This document shows positions 1-13,118 of a stretch of DNA of 64,000 bases, piece after piece. Below the pieces are notes generated by a model. It was not told the DNA's origin. It worked only from the letters and a program-made list of their open reading frames with translations, and ran no database searches. Each line of letters opens with the position of its first letter. The first letter of the stretch is position 1. This DNA comes from Eledone cirrhosa (Eukaryota). The stretch spans positions 148,366,001 through 148,430,000 of the forward strand of contig OZ024740.1 in NCBI GenBank assembly GCA_964016885.1. The letters are read 5' to 3'. The position numbers were made by a program, and so were the translations under genes.

Positions 1-68
1 TTTTATTACAGCTACATAAATACATCAATGCATATATATATATATATATTATACACACACACACACAC

Positions 69-110
<42 letters not shown>

Positions 111-1329
111 ATATATTCCTTTTATGGTGGTCTAACATGGAGGTATGCCGACCGACAAAAGAGAGGTTTTACTTGTTTGTTTTCTAGTGAAATTAAAAGA
201 TCTAAATAAACTTGCTATAATGAGATTTTCAGTCATTTATCACCACTTGAGTGTTTCTTTTTGTTTTTATGTTAACATTTTAGGTTAGGTGGTTGAGGTG
301 ATTCCGTACCGGATATCACTATAATCAGACCAATTCGGTTTAGATTAGCTGTGGTTTAGTGTTCAATCCTACTATATTCCAGACTATCTCTTAATTCCAT
401 TGATTTATTAGTATGGTCTTGATAGATTTTTTTCTGAATATATAATATGATATACTATGTTTACGTAATATTAGTAATGAAATAGAATATTAGAACCACA
501 CGTCAAACACGTTATGAAGGCATTTCCCGTGCTGCTGCGCCATTGCAAACAATTTGAAGATGAACATTATACGAGATTATTTATTTCAAATTGAAGAGCC
601 AAATAAAGGTGTTCAGTTCAAGATTTATATATTGAGTAATACACATGTGGGCAGCGAAATAACTCACATTCCTAGAAATGTGAGCACACTATTAGAATGT
701 TGCCTAGTTTGATATCTTATATTCCTGAGTTCAAACTTTCAAACACACACATATATCATATCGAAGATTTTCTGCTTGATATATCACCGCTGAAGTGTTG
801 CACTGTTGATCTAGTGAGCGTGTCTCTGGCCTTTTACATGAGTATCCGTAAGTTGGAAGGCTTTTACATTTGACGTTGATGTGGTATTTTATGTTACTGG
901 TACGCGAGTAGTCTATTTTCACTGCATGTCGATTGAATATGTGTCGATATTTATGGCCTACAACTCACGAACTACGCGTGGAACCTCAGAAATAGCGGCA
1001 CAGCGTTCTCCATTAGATGGAGTATATGAATGGGAGCAAATTTTGTCACCTGGAATATTCTCACGCCACTGGCTTCAGAGAAATATCCACCTCGTCTGCT
1101 TCAGTCACTGTTCACACGAAGCAACATTCATTCTAAAAAATGGTATAGACCGAGTTAACTGAATTTATTTTTTTCGACAACCTAACTTTGCACATATGTG
1201 TTGCCCCCATCCGCTTTGTTGATGTTTTAATAGTTACCTCCCTTTTCCTATTTATAGCTAAATTCGAGATTACATGCCATTGAAGAGCATTCCTGTATTT
1301 CCTAAAAACATCTAAAGAGTCTATATGTT

Positions 1330-1390
1330 CATATAACAGGCTGAATGAGTTGTGGTGTATAGCCCAACGAAACTTAAATACCTGTATATG
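1330..1390 (+). ncRNA. Type-I hammerhead ribozyme motif (variant core CUGAAUGA)
   Basis: acagg-CTGAATGA-gttg..caac-GAAA-cttaaa-TA-cctgt. Stem I acagg/cctgt extends to catata/tatatg and stem II is gttg/caac. It lies just upstream of a (TA)n tract. Confidence 0.65.
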
Positions 1391-1418
1391 TCACTGTTGT
1401 AACTAATTATATTTATGT

Positions 1419-1459
<41 letters not shown>

Positions 1460-2549
1460 CGGTATGTTTAATAGAGTTGTATTTAGTCTCGCCGTGAAAA
1501 TATAACCTGTAGAACAAAACTCTGTTAGAGCGACAGTAATTCATTTAGTGTATTATGTAATATTTATACTGAAAATCTAGAAAGATGAAAAGGAACACTG
1601 TCTCATCCACCCTGTCCCTCTTTATATGTAGAAATATTAATTTATATTTCTTTCCCAATGTTCGGTGTTGAATTTTGTATTATTTATAGTAAATTATGAA
1701 GAGACAAAATTTAGTAAACAAACATTACTTCTATGGATTACGTCATGATTTAAAGCCAGAAGAATGTTAAAAAGCACACTCTGCTGAATATTTCATCAAA
1801 GATAATGTTTGCTTGGTGATTATTGCTTCATCGACACATATTGCTAAATCATATATAATATATAAAAACAACTAAGGAAATAGGGTAAGAAATTATGTTA
1901 TAGTACGGTTTCTAAGTTTTGCACACATTTGCAGAGATAGTGTAGACTTAATTGAATCAGTTCAGTAAAAAAGAAAACAAAATACAAAGCAAGAAAATTG
2001 GAAATTCTTTTAGCCACCCAGGAAAGGTAGAAACCATTAAGAATGTAAGTTATATACCACGAGGTTTTTACGGTAGTACACCAAAGGCTAAGCTGCTTGA
2101 ATGGATAGAATTTCAGCAGGCTAACTATTCGACGGATTCTATTGTGTAAACTAGCACTACGTTGAAACTTTTATTTGGATTAGTCCATCAACTGTACATT
2201 GGGAAACTTTAAGCTTCTTGCTTAAAAAGAACAGCAATGCACTAACTTCCATATTTTGTAGTGATAATTATTGTGCAAGCAAAGTTTTGACTGCAAGAAA
2301 ATTTATTGGAGGTTTCTGTGAAAAATCAACTTATCTGCTTCTATATGTGTGTCTACGCGAAAGCATATTAATAGTATGTGTGGACCCGTAACTTCCGAGG
2401 GAGTCGTAGAGGTGCCATGTTGACATATGGTGATTCTAGGGCATTTTAAAAGCTGGTGGGGCCTATCTCCTCTCCAAGTCTGAATACAGCAGATTACTTC
2501 CAGAGAAGGATAGAGAGTGAGGGAGTGGAAATGAGAAAGCTATATACAG

Positions 2550-2698
2550 GAAGAATCGACCCAGCACTAAACTATTACTTTTTTATCGACCTTAAATGGA
2601 TGAAAGGCGGGATTTGAACTCAGAGAGCAGAGATTTGGAACGTATAACGCAGAACATTCTTTCTGACGTTCTAACCATTCTGCGAATTCGTCACCTTC
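2550..2698 (-). mobile_element. tRNA-derived SINE (major family), diverged copy
   Basis: Contains ttttatcgacc..ggatgaaaggcgggatttgaactcag, the reverse complement of the B-box and core seen in the better copies at 39090 and 53504. Confidence 0.7.
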
Positions 2699-3650
2699 CA
2701 TGTCAACAGTATAATCATAATTCATCGATTTATTGAGGTTAGTACGGTGCTTTAATGAATACAGTTTAGTTTAAGAAGCGGACGAAGAAGACGACGATGA
2801 TAATAACTACAACAAAATTGTTATCGTTGATAGCTGAAGATAAACAGATAAAAAGATAGATCATATGAACCAGACATAAATGGTGACAGCGTTTTATGGG
2901 ATATATCAAACAACGCTGGTAGGCGGGATGGCTACCATTATCATGAAGTCGTTCCTTGTCGCTGTGGTAGGTTAGGGAGGTGTAGAAAAGAAGACAGCCC
3001 CGAAACAAACCTGGCTGTAAATTCATTAACAGAAAATCTATAACGACAGAAGGCATTCGTAGGTTGCCCTCACATCAACTCCTCGATAATCCCCTCCTTC
3101 ACACACTCTTTGGCCAACACTAGAAATGTGTTAGAGGTGAACTTATTCCATGTTGCTTATTTCAGTAACGGTTTAATTTTATAGTTTTATTTGAGCTAAA
3201 TAGGTTCTCTTTTCTTTCTTCCCTACCGCCTTTATCTAAATATGTGTGTGTGTGTGTGTGTGCGTGCATGTGGGTGTATATATTAATGTGTGTATGTGTA
3301 TCACTTTATTCTCCTGCTTTGTCGAGACTATTAAACATTTTTTTTTAACCTTTGTTTAATTGTTTTACTTGCCTTCTTACTTTCTTAACGATATGTTAAC
3401 GGCACTTCATTAAAAATGATTTGTAAGGTAGAGTGTTTATCTATATGGGCGGGGTCAGTTTCCGACCCCTTTATCCACCCATTACTACAAGCTTCACACT
3501 TTCTTCCAAGTAATGTGATTACAGCAATGGGCGTATCTGTAATATTATCTTTCTGTTTGCAGTACTGATACTTTGTTAAACGACTGTCATTTATGAGGTG
3601 CTAGACATGGAAAAATAGTGTGCGTGTATATATATATATATATATATATA

Positions 3651-3725
3651 GCACCTGTATCGCGAATGGTAATCTCCTTGCGTAGCTACAATGTAAACCA
3701 GGTTCGATTCCCGACCGTCACTATT
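3651..3725 (+). mobile_element. tRNA-like SINE head
   Basis: A-box-like cgcgaatggta and B-box ggttcgattcc (3701-3711) directly after (TA)n. There is no acceptor stem, so it is not a tRNA gene. Confidence 0.5.
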
Positions 3726-3959
3726 TTCTTTACTCCACTGATGATATTATTTATGCGTGAATGTTATGATCCCCTACGCTCTAACTATGAAGTCAACTCG
3801 AAACCTTGATGAATACTGTAGACAAAACCGGTAGAGCATATGCCATCACTAAGAATATAATGTGCAGTATGCTGAATAAGTACATCTATAAATTCACACA
3901 CACACACACACACACACACATACATATATATAAGTATATATATATATATAATTTCTAGT

Positions 3960-4350
3960 AATGCCATTATGCTTGATACATGAGCATCATGGACGTGGCT
4001 TTTTAGTCGTGCTATGGGTTTGCCTATCACCAACAATGCCATACATCACAGAAAATGTCACATATCAAGCCATGCCTGTGCTTAAAGCTCTTTTAAGTGA
4101 GGAAAGGCTTTGCACGTGGCAATGCCACTTTTTGAACATTGAATGCATTTACCCAAAAAGAAGAACTGGTCTACATGATTGGATGCAAACGAAGTCGCAG
4201 GTTTTATATCAGAGTGACCCTCTCCTACAGAGATGTCTTAATGAATCCTTATTGAATGGCTGTTGACTTTCCTGAGTTCTGCCACCATTTGACGGGTTTT
4301 GTTTTTCATCCCACAGGGCGTCCCAAATCACCCTCCTCACCAAGCAAGTG
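3960..4350 (-). mobile_element. RTE-clade LINE 5' fragment
   Basis: The reverse complement of 4250-4350 (cttgcttggtgaggagggtga..gggatgaaaaacaaaacccgtcaaa) matches the leaders at 57969-58035 and 61850-61930. Confidence 0.6.
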
Positions 4351-6404
4351 TATGTGGAGAATATGTATATGTAATCCCGAGCACAGAAAGTATCTGTAGG
4401 CTGCAGGGTCTCAAACTACTTTACTGTGGCTCACGACAGAACAATTTGCGTGACTAATATTTTCGTAAAACTTGGCAATTTGTCACTATTTCGATAACAT
4501 TTATAGTACAATTTATTGCTATGTATCCATAAAATACAATAAAACGGAAAACAACGGAATCTATCAAAGGTGAAGAGGGAAAAAAATAAATTTACCAAAA
4601 GTAAAAGCAGAATTAAGGTCATTTTAAAACGAAAACGAAAAATATCTCCCCTTCGTTTAGGCGGAGATATTTTCCGTTAAAAGTAATGCGTGCTAAAAAC
4701 GTTGGTTTACGAAACGTGTTAAATGCTTCCTATTCATGTGACCCGTCTATGATATAAAAAAAAATATCTCCGACGTTAATCCAAGCTGCTGTTGTAGAAA
4801 TAAAGATAACTGCCCTCTCCAATAGAATTGTAATATCAAACCCGTTATGTAGCTTAGGTGGAGCTTTTTGTTAGTATGTGCGTGTGACTGCTGTGTGAAC
4901 AAGTTATTTGGTAATAATACATGAGTGGACAATCTGCTACACCATAAAACCTATCCAAAACAATTTGTCGTAATGATAAGAGACGTGTGGAAATGAGACC
5001 ACGATGCCGTGCCTATATACTAACGAACCTACTTAAGTGGATATTCAGAGTATAGTATATTTTTCATGGATAAAACCTGTATCGCTAGTTACAGTATATA
5101 AATTCCAGTTGTCGTAATTAGATATCATCTCGACTTCGCAACTGAAACTTTAACTGAGGTGCATAACCTAATATTATAAATAGCGGGTATATTTTACAAG
5201 ATCTAAAAATATAACATATAAACGTTCACTCTCCTTTTTTATATTAATTCAACTCCGGTAAAAATGACTTTCTAGAATATCATTCTTCTGTAGCTGAATA
5301 ATAATTAGTAATAATAAAGTTGTATGATAAGTCATTATTTGTAAATGAATATGTTTATATTTTAAAATGAAATATATTTTTTAAAATGTGATTTAGTTTA
5401 GGTTAATTTGGAAGTGAAACTGTATCTTGTACGATTTGCAAATGAAATTGATTCCTATATTAGGTTTTGGATTCCTCTCTTCCTGATAAAAGTGTATCAC
5501 ATAAATAAATGTAAATTGCCTTCAGTATTTTAGAAATGGTAGATTGATTAGACTCCTCGTTTTTCAAAATATAATGGATACCCAAAGGGAATACATACGA
5601 CGTTTCTGCTTATTAATTTATTAAATGAACTCTGTTGAAACTTAATACTAAAACTGTCCTTGACCATATTGCAACTTGCATATATATAATTTCATTCTGT
5701 ATTAATTCACGATACTTAATGCCCCTACATTATAAACACACGGACGATAATAGTGAATGTTAAGTATCTCATAACAAAAATGTAATGTTAAACATTAAAT
5801 CATAATCCCTCAGCTTGATATGGCAACATGTAAATGTCGTACTCCTTCCTTAGAGACAATTTCCTTTGCACTTTGAATTACGTATAAAATAAACATCAAG
5901 GCTGAGATGTCATACCCTACATTTCATTATTTTTTCTTCGTTTTATTTTAAGAGATTGTATACAAGCTATTAATTTCAACGCAGTTTTATTGACTCTTAT
6001 TTCATTGAGCTTGGAAATATGGAAGGCAAAATTAACTCTAACTCTATCGCTCTTTCCCTAGAACAGACATTTGATCAAAGTTATTCCATTCGTGACCATA
6101 TTTTTATTCGCCTGTTTACATATTCACTCTCCTTTTTTATATTAATTCAACTCTGGTAAGATTGTAGGGTTTGTTTTTAAAATTGCGAGTTGAAAACAAT
6201 TTACTTATGTAGTAAGATCAAATATTTAAAATCAGAACGTATGACAACGAGAATTAGATACTTTATTTAGATGTTACATTTTACTTTTTTGCTAGGAGCA
6301 CCAATTCGGGAGCATTGGTTAAACAATTAAATAAAGGAAATCTAAATGTACAATAATACCTATAATGCAAAGATACATTGACTTACAGGTACTTACATGT
6401 GTCG

Positions 6405-6615
6405 ATTTCTAATTTAGACACAAAGCTAGCAAATGTAGAGGAAGGGTAACCTTGAATAAATCAACCACTGGTACTTTGTTTTATCGACCGTTGAAAGAAG
6501 AAAGGCAAAGTAGACCGCAAAGGATTTGAACTCAAAATGTCAAGAATCAGAACAAATAAGCAATGGTATTTTATTCGACGCTTTACCAATTCACTCTGCC
6601 AAATTACCACTCTAA
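6405..6615 (-). mobile_element. tRNA-derived SINE, diverged copy
   Basis: ctggtactttgttttatcgacc..gaaaggcaaagtagacc..ggatttgaactc. Confidence 0.7.
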
Positions 6616-6894
6616 CGGCACATACAAGTACTGATACAATTATTCACATAAGGTGGTATGAATAACTACACTCGTATGTTGGTTTTATTTTTACAAGGTA
6701 AAAAATTCAAATGTGAGTGTGACATTCATTCCTTCAACAATGAAATTAGCGAAATGAGTTAAATGAACATATTTCAAGTGATGACTGAAGCAGTTTCACG
6801 ATGTGATACACACATACGTTCGGGCGGAATATCCATTTAAAAAATTTTTCTCCATCGAATCTTGGAAAAAATATTGTAAAATTTTGATTACGTT

Positions 6895-8811
6895 ATGAAC
6901 GCTGCGTCCAACGATAATGGTGGTGGAGAGGCGGTAAGACTACAAAGCTCGCAGTCAACAACGTCTTCTTCACTAGATACTATAGAGATGGAAAGACAAA
7001 ATGAAAATAAAAAAACGAATTCACATCCAAACAACACAAATGACACCAAACAGCTCAATGACAACAAAAATAACAGCAAAACCAATAATGATGATAAAAG
7101 CAACAATGATAACAACAACAAAGAAAAAAATAAAGACAACGCCAATAACACCAGCATCAAAGACAACAACAACACCAAGGAAAATACGGATGATACCAAC
7201 ATCGGTGACAACAAGAATAACAACAAGAATAACAACAATAATGACAACACCACCAATACGGATTCCACAAAGAAACCAAAAATCTCCTTTGCGGAGAAAG
7301 TTCAAAAGAAAGAACAATTGATATATCTCGACATAACAAATGCTGAACACCTTTTAAAGGACGCTAAGAGATATGTCACCTTCGAAAAAAATGGTGCTTT
7401 CAGCATCAATTCTCCGGTAGAAATTCGCAAGGAAACTGCTCTCAAAACGATAGTTTTTAGGACAGTTTCCAATTCTACCCGAAAACCAGTCCAATTGTCA
7501 CAGAAAGATATTGAACTGGTTTTCAAAGATTCAATGAATGATATTGCATTCATTCAAAGAAGCAAACTTTTTGGGAGTATTTCGGTACTGATGAAGGATC
7601 AATTGACGGCCCAAAATTACTCTGTGTCGCCAATTGTATCCAACCTGTACACCTTTTTCCCTACATACATGGGAAAAAGGACACAAAAGATCAGAATCAC
7701 AAGTGTCACACCAAAGGTGAACATATGGTGGATACTGTGCGGCTTCATCAATTTTGATGAAGACAGAATACTGTCAGTAGGCAAGTCCCCCAGAGATGTA
7801 TTCAATGGGACTAGCATTGAAGTTCTGGTGCAAATGAGCCCAGAGCGAATAGCTATGATCCCACAGCGTGTACTCCTGGACGGACTTACCTACATAAACC
7901 TTTCGGTTGAGGGTAGGCGGCCTTCATGTTACCATTGCTTTAGCAGGGGTCACCTGAGGGCTTCCTGTCCTAAACTAATTAACCAAAAAAAGGCTCTTCT
8001 GCCAACACCCATCAAAACAACACAACCACCAACACCACCACTACAACAACAACACCAACACACAAAAATAACCACAACAAACACAGTCCCACCCAACCTC
8101 ACTCCACCTAAAACCACTGCAAAATCACATACAGACACAACAGCTCCCCAAGACATACCCCTCCCCAATCACACAGACGATACAACAGATGAGGCTATCT
8201 CGCCATCACCCAGTGAAGACGAGGGAGAACCCCATCGCTCGAAAAGAAAGAAAAGACATCACAAAAGCAAAAAACCAGTAAACACTACCACAAACATACA
8301 ACCACCAACACAAACAACAAAAATATCACAAACAAAACCCCCACCTCCTGAAAACAAAATACCTACAACAAAACGAAAGCACACACAAGAACTACAGACA
8401 AAAACAAACACAACACAAGAAAATTACACTTACACTTACATAAACACTGAAAACAAAACACTAATGGAGACCATTACGAACGACCCTTCGGTTTTCACCG
8501 AAGGGAAAACTTTCGCCCACTCTATAAAAAATAGCAAAAAAATGAACCTAAAACTGATTAGGGTCCCTATACAAACTTATAGGTCCCTAAAAGAAACATT
8601 TGAGAAGGATGTGGGGAATTCCTGCGTGAAACCACTCAACCGCGTCCTTCTCAAATGCCTCCCCACCCCAGACACCCCCATCCCACCAGACCCCACCCCA
8701 CCAAACATCTGCGTCCCCACCCCACCGGAAACCACCACCCATCCAGACAACCCCTCCAACACCCCCATGGAAATCGTGCGGCCTGGTCCCCAGGAGGCGA
8801 AGGGTGAGTGA
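6895..8811 (+). CDS. LINE ORF1 (gag-like nucleic-acid-binding protein), 638 aa
   Basis: Open ORF with an Asn-rich N-terminus, SFAEKV motif, CCHC knuckle CYHCFSRGHLRASC and a Thr/Pro/Lys-rich C-terminus, immediately upstream of ORF2. Confidence 0.88.
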   Translation: MNAASNDNGGGEAVRLQSSQSTTSSSLDTIEMERQNENKKTNSHPNNTNDTKQLNDNKNNSKTNNDDKSNNDNNNKEKNKDNANNTSIKDNNNTKENTDDTNIGDNKNNNKNNNNNDNTTNTDSTKKPKISFAEKVQKKEQLIYLDITNAEHLLKDAKRYVTFEKNGAFSINSPVEIRKETALKTIVFRTVSNSTRKPVQLSQKDIELVFKDSMNDIAFIQRSKLFGSISVLMKDQLTAQNYSVSPIVSNLYTFFPTYMGKRTQKIRITSVTPKVNIWWILCGFINFDEDRILSVGKSPRDVFNGTSIEVLVQMSPERIAMIPQRVLLDGLTYINLSVEGRRPSCYHCFSRGHLRASCPKLINQKKALLPTPIKTTQPPTPPLQQQHQHTKITTTNTVPPNLTPPKTTAKSHTDTTAPQDIPLPNHTDDTTDEAISPSPSEDEGEPHRSKRKKRHHKSKKPVNTTTNIQPPTQTTKISQTKPPPPENKIPTTKRKHTQELQTKTNTTQENYTYTYINTENKTLMETITNDPSVFTEGKTFAHSIKNSKKMNLKLIRVPIQTYRSLKETFEKDVGNSCVKPLNRVLLKCLPTPDTPIPPDPTPPNICVPTPPETTTHPDNPSNTPMEIVRPGPQEAKGE

Positions 8812-8844
8812 TCTCTTTTCCTCTTTTAACTTTTCAGCACCAAC

Positions 8845-11800
8845 ATGGCCAATATAAGAGTTGGATGTGTGAATGTACGCGGCCTGGGGATGCCCTGGAA
8901 ACAGGGCAAACTCTTAAACGACCTCAGGTCACACAGTTTGGATGTGGTAGCCATTTGCGAGTCCAGGATCCACGGCGAGCGACAGCTGGCCCCCATCTTC
9001 GATGACTTTGAGATCTACGCATCTCTCTGTCAACCGGGGGGTGGGGGCGGAGTTGCCGTTTTGCTGCGGAAACACCTGGGCCTCGTAACACAGACGGTAC
9101 ATCTGGACCCGGAGGGTCGACTGGTGCTCCTAGACGTTGACGGTAGTGAAGGTGGAGCCTTCAGGCTGGTGGCCGCATATGCCCCATCCGGGACACCGCG
9201 GCCAGACTTCTTCAAACGTCTAGAGACTTTTCTGGGAACGTCCCGCTCCTTGCTTTTAGTGGGGGACTGGAATGGAATCCTAGATGCACGTTGGGACTAT
9301 GTGGGAGCATGTCCCGAAAAAGGGGGGTGTAACAGCCTCAAACAGTTAATCGACCGATTTGACCTGGCCGATAGATATCGACTAGATTTTCCGACTGCGC
9401 CACTGTGGACGTGGAGTAATCGTAGCGGAACATCTAGATCGTACCTAGATAGGGTTCTAGTTAGAAATAAGGATAGGGACATGTTAAGCTGTCCACAAAT
9501 GTTCATGGTTGCCTATTCAGATCACAAACTAGTGACCTGCATGGCCAACCTTGATAGAACCCATAGACAAGGACCCGGCTACTGGAAGCTGAACTTGTCG
9601 TTACCGACAAGCAAAGCCTACAGTAGACGGATTAGCACTTTAGTTAAACAGCACTTGACAGGGGCCATTGTCAACAACAGATGGTGGTACTCTCTCAAGA
9701 GGGCAGTTAGATTAGACTCGATAGTTTTTAGTAAAGAATTAGCGTTAGATAGAAATAGAACCGAGAAGGAACTGGTAGATAAAGTAGAAGAGGCAATTAG
9801 AAGTGGCAACGTAGCCAGCGTGCTAGCAACGAGAACGGCCTTGGACCAGTTCTTCGACGCAAAGCACGAGGGCTGCGTTGTCAGAAGCAAAATACGTGCT
9901 CTGGGAAACGAGGGAGCCAAAGCTGTTAGCTGGGCCCGAGTGACGGAGGCAAAAAGTGGCAACAAGTCCACGATTCGGTCTTTGAAGGACCAAAACGGAC
10001 GCGTGATACGTGAGCCGAAGCAGATGTGTGCGGCTTTTCAGCGGCACTTTGCTCGGCTGTTCGGGGGGAGCGGCGCGCCGGGAGAGGCTATGGATTTCGG
10101 TCCATACCTCGACGGCCTACCGCGACTCTCGGACAGCGAGGCGAAGTTCTGCGAAAAGCCGATTTCAGCCACTGAGATAGGGGACGCGCTGAGCTAATGC
10201 GGCAAACGCAAATCTCCAGGTCTCGACGGTCTACCCTACGAATTTTACGTAGCAATGCCGGACTTATTCTCCGGTCTCCTGGAAGCGGTCTACTGCAACT
10301 GGCAACAGAACGGGAGAATTCCCAGTTCTGTAACCGGGGGCGTGGTCACACTAATCAGGAAGGACGAGAATAAGGGGGATGACATAGGCAACTTCCGGCC
10401 CATAACTCTGCTAAACACAGAGTTACAGATTTTGGCCAAGGTGTTGGCAAAGAGGCTGGCGCTTGTCGTCGAGAACCTGGTGGGAGAAGCGCAGACATGC
10501 GCGATCCCGACCAGGTCCATACACGACAACCTCCACCTCATGCGATACATCATAGAGAGGGTAGGGTGTAAACCCGGCTTCGGTGGGGCCCTGATCAACT
10601 TGGATCAGTCTAAGGCTTTCGATAGGGTTGACCATAGTTACCTGGATGCGGTGCTCGAGGCGGCAGGCTTCGGACCCGTGTTCAGGGGCTGGATTGCTGC
10701 AATGCACAACAGCAACATCTGCTCAAGGGTCAAGGTGAACGGTTACCTCTCGGAGCCGTTCCATATTACGCGATCCATTCGACAGGGATGCCCTCTCTCC
10801 TCCCTTCTGTACGTACTGACTCTCGAGCCACTACTGCGGAAGCTGGAGCTATTGCAGGGCATCCCTCTGGAACCGGGACTGCGGAAAGCGGCGTCGGCCT
10901 ACGCCGACGACGTGACAGTAATGGTGTCGAGCGCCTCGCAAATCGAGGAAGTCGGCACCTTACTAAAGGAATACGAAAGTCTCACAGGAGCGAAGCTGAA
11001 CCGGGACAAGTCCATCGGTTTGCAACTCGGATCGTGGAGAGGCAGACCGATGCCTTCCGATGGCGTCGTCGGACGCTGGACGGAAGGACCGGTAAAGCTG
11101 CTCGGGGTCTGGTTTGGTCCGGACCTCCAGGTGGAGAAGAACTGGAACGAAGTGACGGCCAAGGTGTTTGCACTCACCCAGAAGTGGGCCGAGTGCAAAC
11201 TATCCTTGAAAGGTCGAGCGGAGGTGGCGAACACTTTTATAGCGTCCGCCATCTACTACCGCTTGACCGTCGTGCCTTGTCCAGCCAAAACGCTCGCCAA
11301 AATGGAGCGCGCCCTCTTCCGATTCCTTTGGAAGAGGCGGGCTCCTTTGGTAAGAAGATCCATCTGCTGCCAACACCCTTCTAACGGAGGGCTGGGGATG
11401 CCGTGGTTGACGATGCGCAAACACGCGCTCAGGCTGCGGCATCTCTACGTATTCCTCACCGGACAACCGGTGTGGGCCCCGTTCGTGAGGCGAGCCTTCC
11501 CACGACTCGTCTCGCTGACTGAGCTGCAGTCCTGGGTCAAGCAGAGACCGAGGAAAATGGGCGACTGGCACATCGAATGTGCTCAGGCGCTCACAGCCCT
11601 CTGGCAGGCGGACCCGGCGATCAGTGGAGACTCCACTTCGTCATTCTATAGAGGGTTGGTCCGCAGCAAGTGCGACGACGCGCTCGGTGAAACTCTAGGC
11701 GTGGAGGAAGATGAACTGGCCAGTCTGTTCGGTAGGACCTTCCGCCCGGGACCGATGGACAACTTCCAAAAGTCCCTGGCCTGGCAGTGCTACCGAGCAG

Positions 11801-12282
11801 CTCTACCAGTTCGAGACAAGCTCTACAGACATGGGCGCCCGGGCAGGGACCCTGCAAAAAAGATCTGTCCGAGGTGCGTGCGAGACGAAGAAACCGTCGC
11901 GCACGCATTCATACACTGCCCGGGCGTCACTGACCTGTGGGGCTATGTGGAACGACTATTGTCGCGGGTGGGACCAATCCAGTTGACCACCGAGTCCATT
12001 GTCATGATCAAACCGCCACCCTCCTTCAAAAACGAAGGAGAGGCGGTTTTCCTTTGTGTGATAGCTATGGCGAAAGAGGTTGTATGGTGGACAAGGTTGA
12101 AAGGGCTGAGGTCAGACACCTTTCTCTCCGGCCAACAACTGATTCTTTTTTTCAAATACCACTTTGGAAGAAGAATCAGGATGGAGAGAGAGGTGCTGTA
12201 CCCCAGCAAGTTTTATGAAAGGTGGGTGAAAGTGGCGAGAATGGCCCGAGTGAATGGGCCTTCTCTCTATATCAGCCTGTAG
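8845..12282 (+). pseudogene. LINE ORF2 (AP endonuclease + reverse transcriptase + C-terminal Cys motif) with one in-frame stop at 10195-10197
   Basis: APE motifs NVRGL, GDWN, SYLDR, SDH; after the TAA the same frame reads CGKRKSPGLDGLPYEFY; RT motifs FRPITLLN, DQSKAFDRV, RQGCPLS, YADD; C-terminal CPRC..ETVAHAFIHC. The 8845 and 10255 ORFs are in the same frame (offset 1410). Confidence 0.93.
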
Positions 12283-12562
12283 GTTGAGGAAAAGGAGGAG
12301 GAGAGGAAAGGAGTACAAGCTCTTCGTACTCCTGGAGATGAGGGTTGCACATTTTTTTCGGGGGTCTGTGTTACCCATATAAACTGTCTCCCTCTATTGG
12401 GGAAAATCGACTAACTTTTAAATTCCATCTGTGATAACATTTTACACGTTTTTATTGTATGTAAACTTCCCCCTTTGTATTTGTCCCCTTCTTTTGTGCC
12501 CCTGTGGCTAATAAAGAAATATATCTATATAATACTAAAAGTCTAGTATATGGGTGGTCTAA

Positions 12563-12923
12563 TATACTACTAAAATTCTGTGATTATTTGTCTGTAATAC
12601 AGCCATAATGGGAAAATACTTTGAAAGGAAGTTGACCCTGAAATAGGAATACAAATGGAATAAAACAAGTTTCGCATAAATCGGATCACGATAATGGTTA
12701 TAACAGAGTTGATTGAAAGTGAGACATAGCGAGAGGAAAAGGAGAGAGAGAGAAGGAGAATGGAAGAGAGCTTGTGGTGTTGTTGTGTGTATATATATAT
12801 ATGTGTGTGTGTGTATATATATGTGTGTGTATATATGTGTGTGTGTGTGTCTTTGACCAGTGCATATAGATCACAGACACCCATATATATATATATATAT
12901 ATACACATACATATATATATATG

Positions 12924-12958
<35 letters not shown>

Positions 12959-13118
12959 TTATATATACACACACATATACATATGAGCCTTCCAGTTTCA
13001 TTTCACATTATATACATGTTTGTGTATATATTAGTTATTTAAAAATTAATTTCAAGTGAACATGATTAAAAAAAATATTTTGAAATGAACGTGACCGAAC
13101 GGGTCACGGGTGATCTAG
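12563..13118 (+). mobile_element. Non-autonomous Helitron-like unit 1 of a tandem array
   Basis: Begins tatactactaaaa and ends with the hairpin gtgacc-gaacg-ggtcac followed by CTAG. Confidence 0.75.

Larger units (their letters stand above)
6850..12520 (+). mobile_element. Near full-length L1/Tx1-clade non-LTR retrotransposon
   Basis: ORF1 with a zinc knuckle, a 33-nt spacer, an APE-RT-zf ORF2, and a 3' UTR ending at AATAAA (12510-12515). The 5' boundary is approximate and no TSD was identified. Confidence 0.93.

Noticed and set aside
3651-3725. tRNA gene
   Set aside because: It has a B-box but no acceptor or anticodon stem pairing, which fits a SINE head.
3735-3815. CTGATGA...cGAAAc hammerhead-like spacing
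   Set aside because: No stem I, II or III complementarity.
10788-12378. Alternative-frame and antisense ORFs inside LINE ORF2
   Set aside because: Expected by chance in GC-rich coding sequence, and they show no recognisable motifs.
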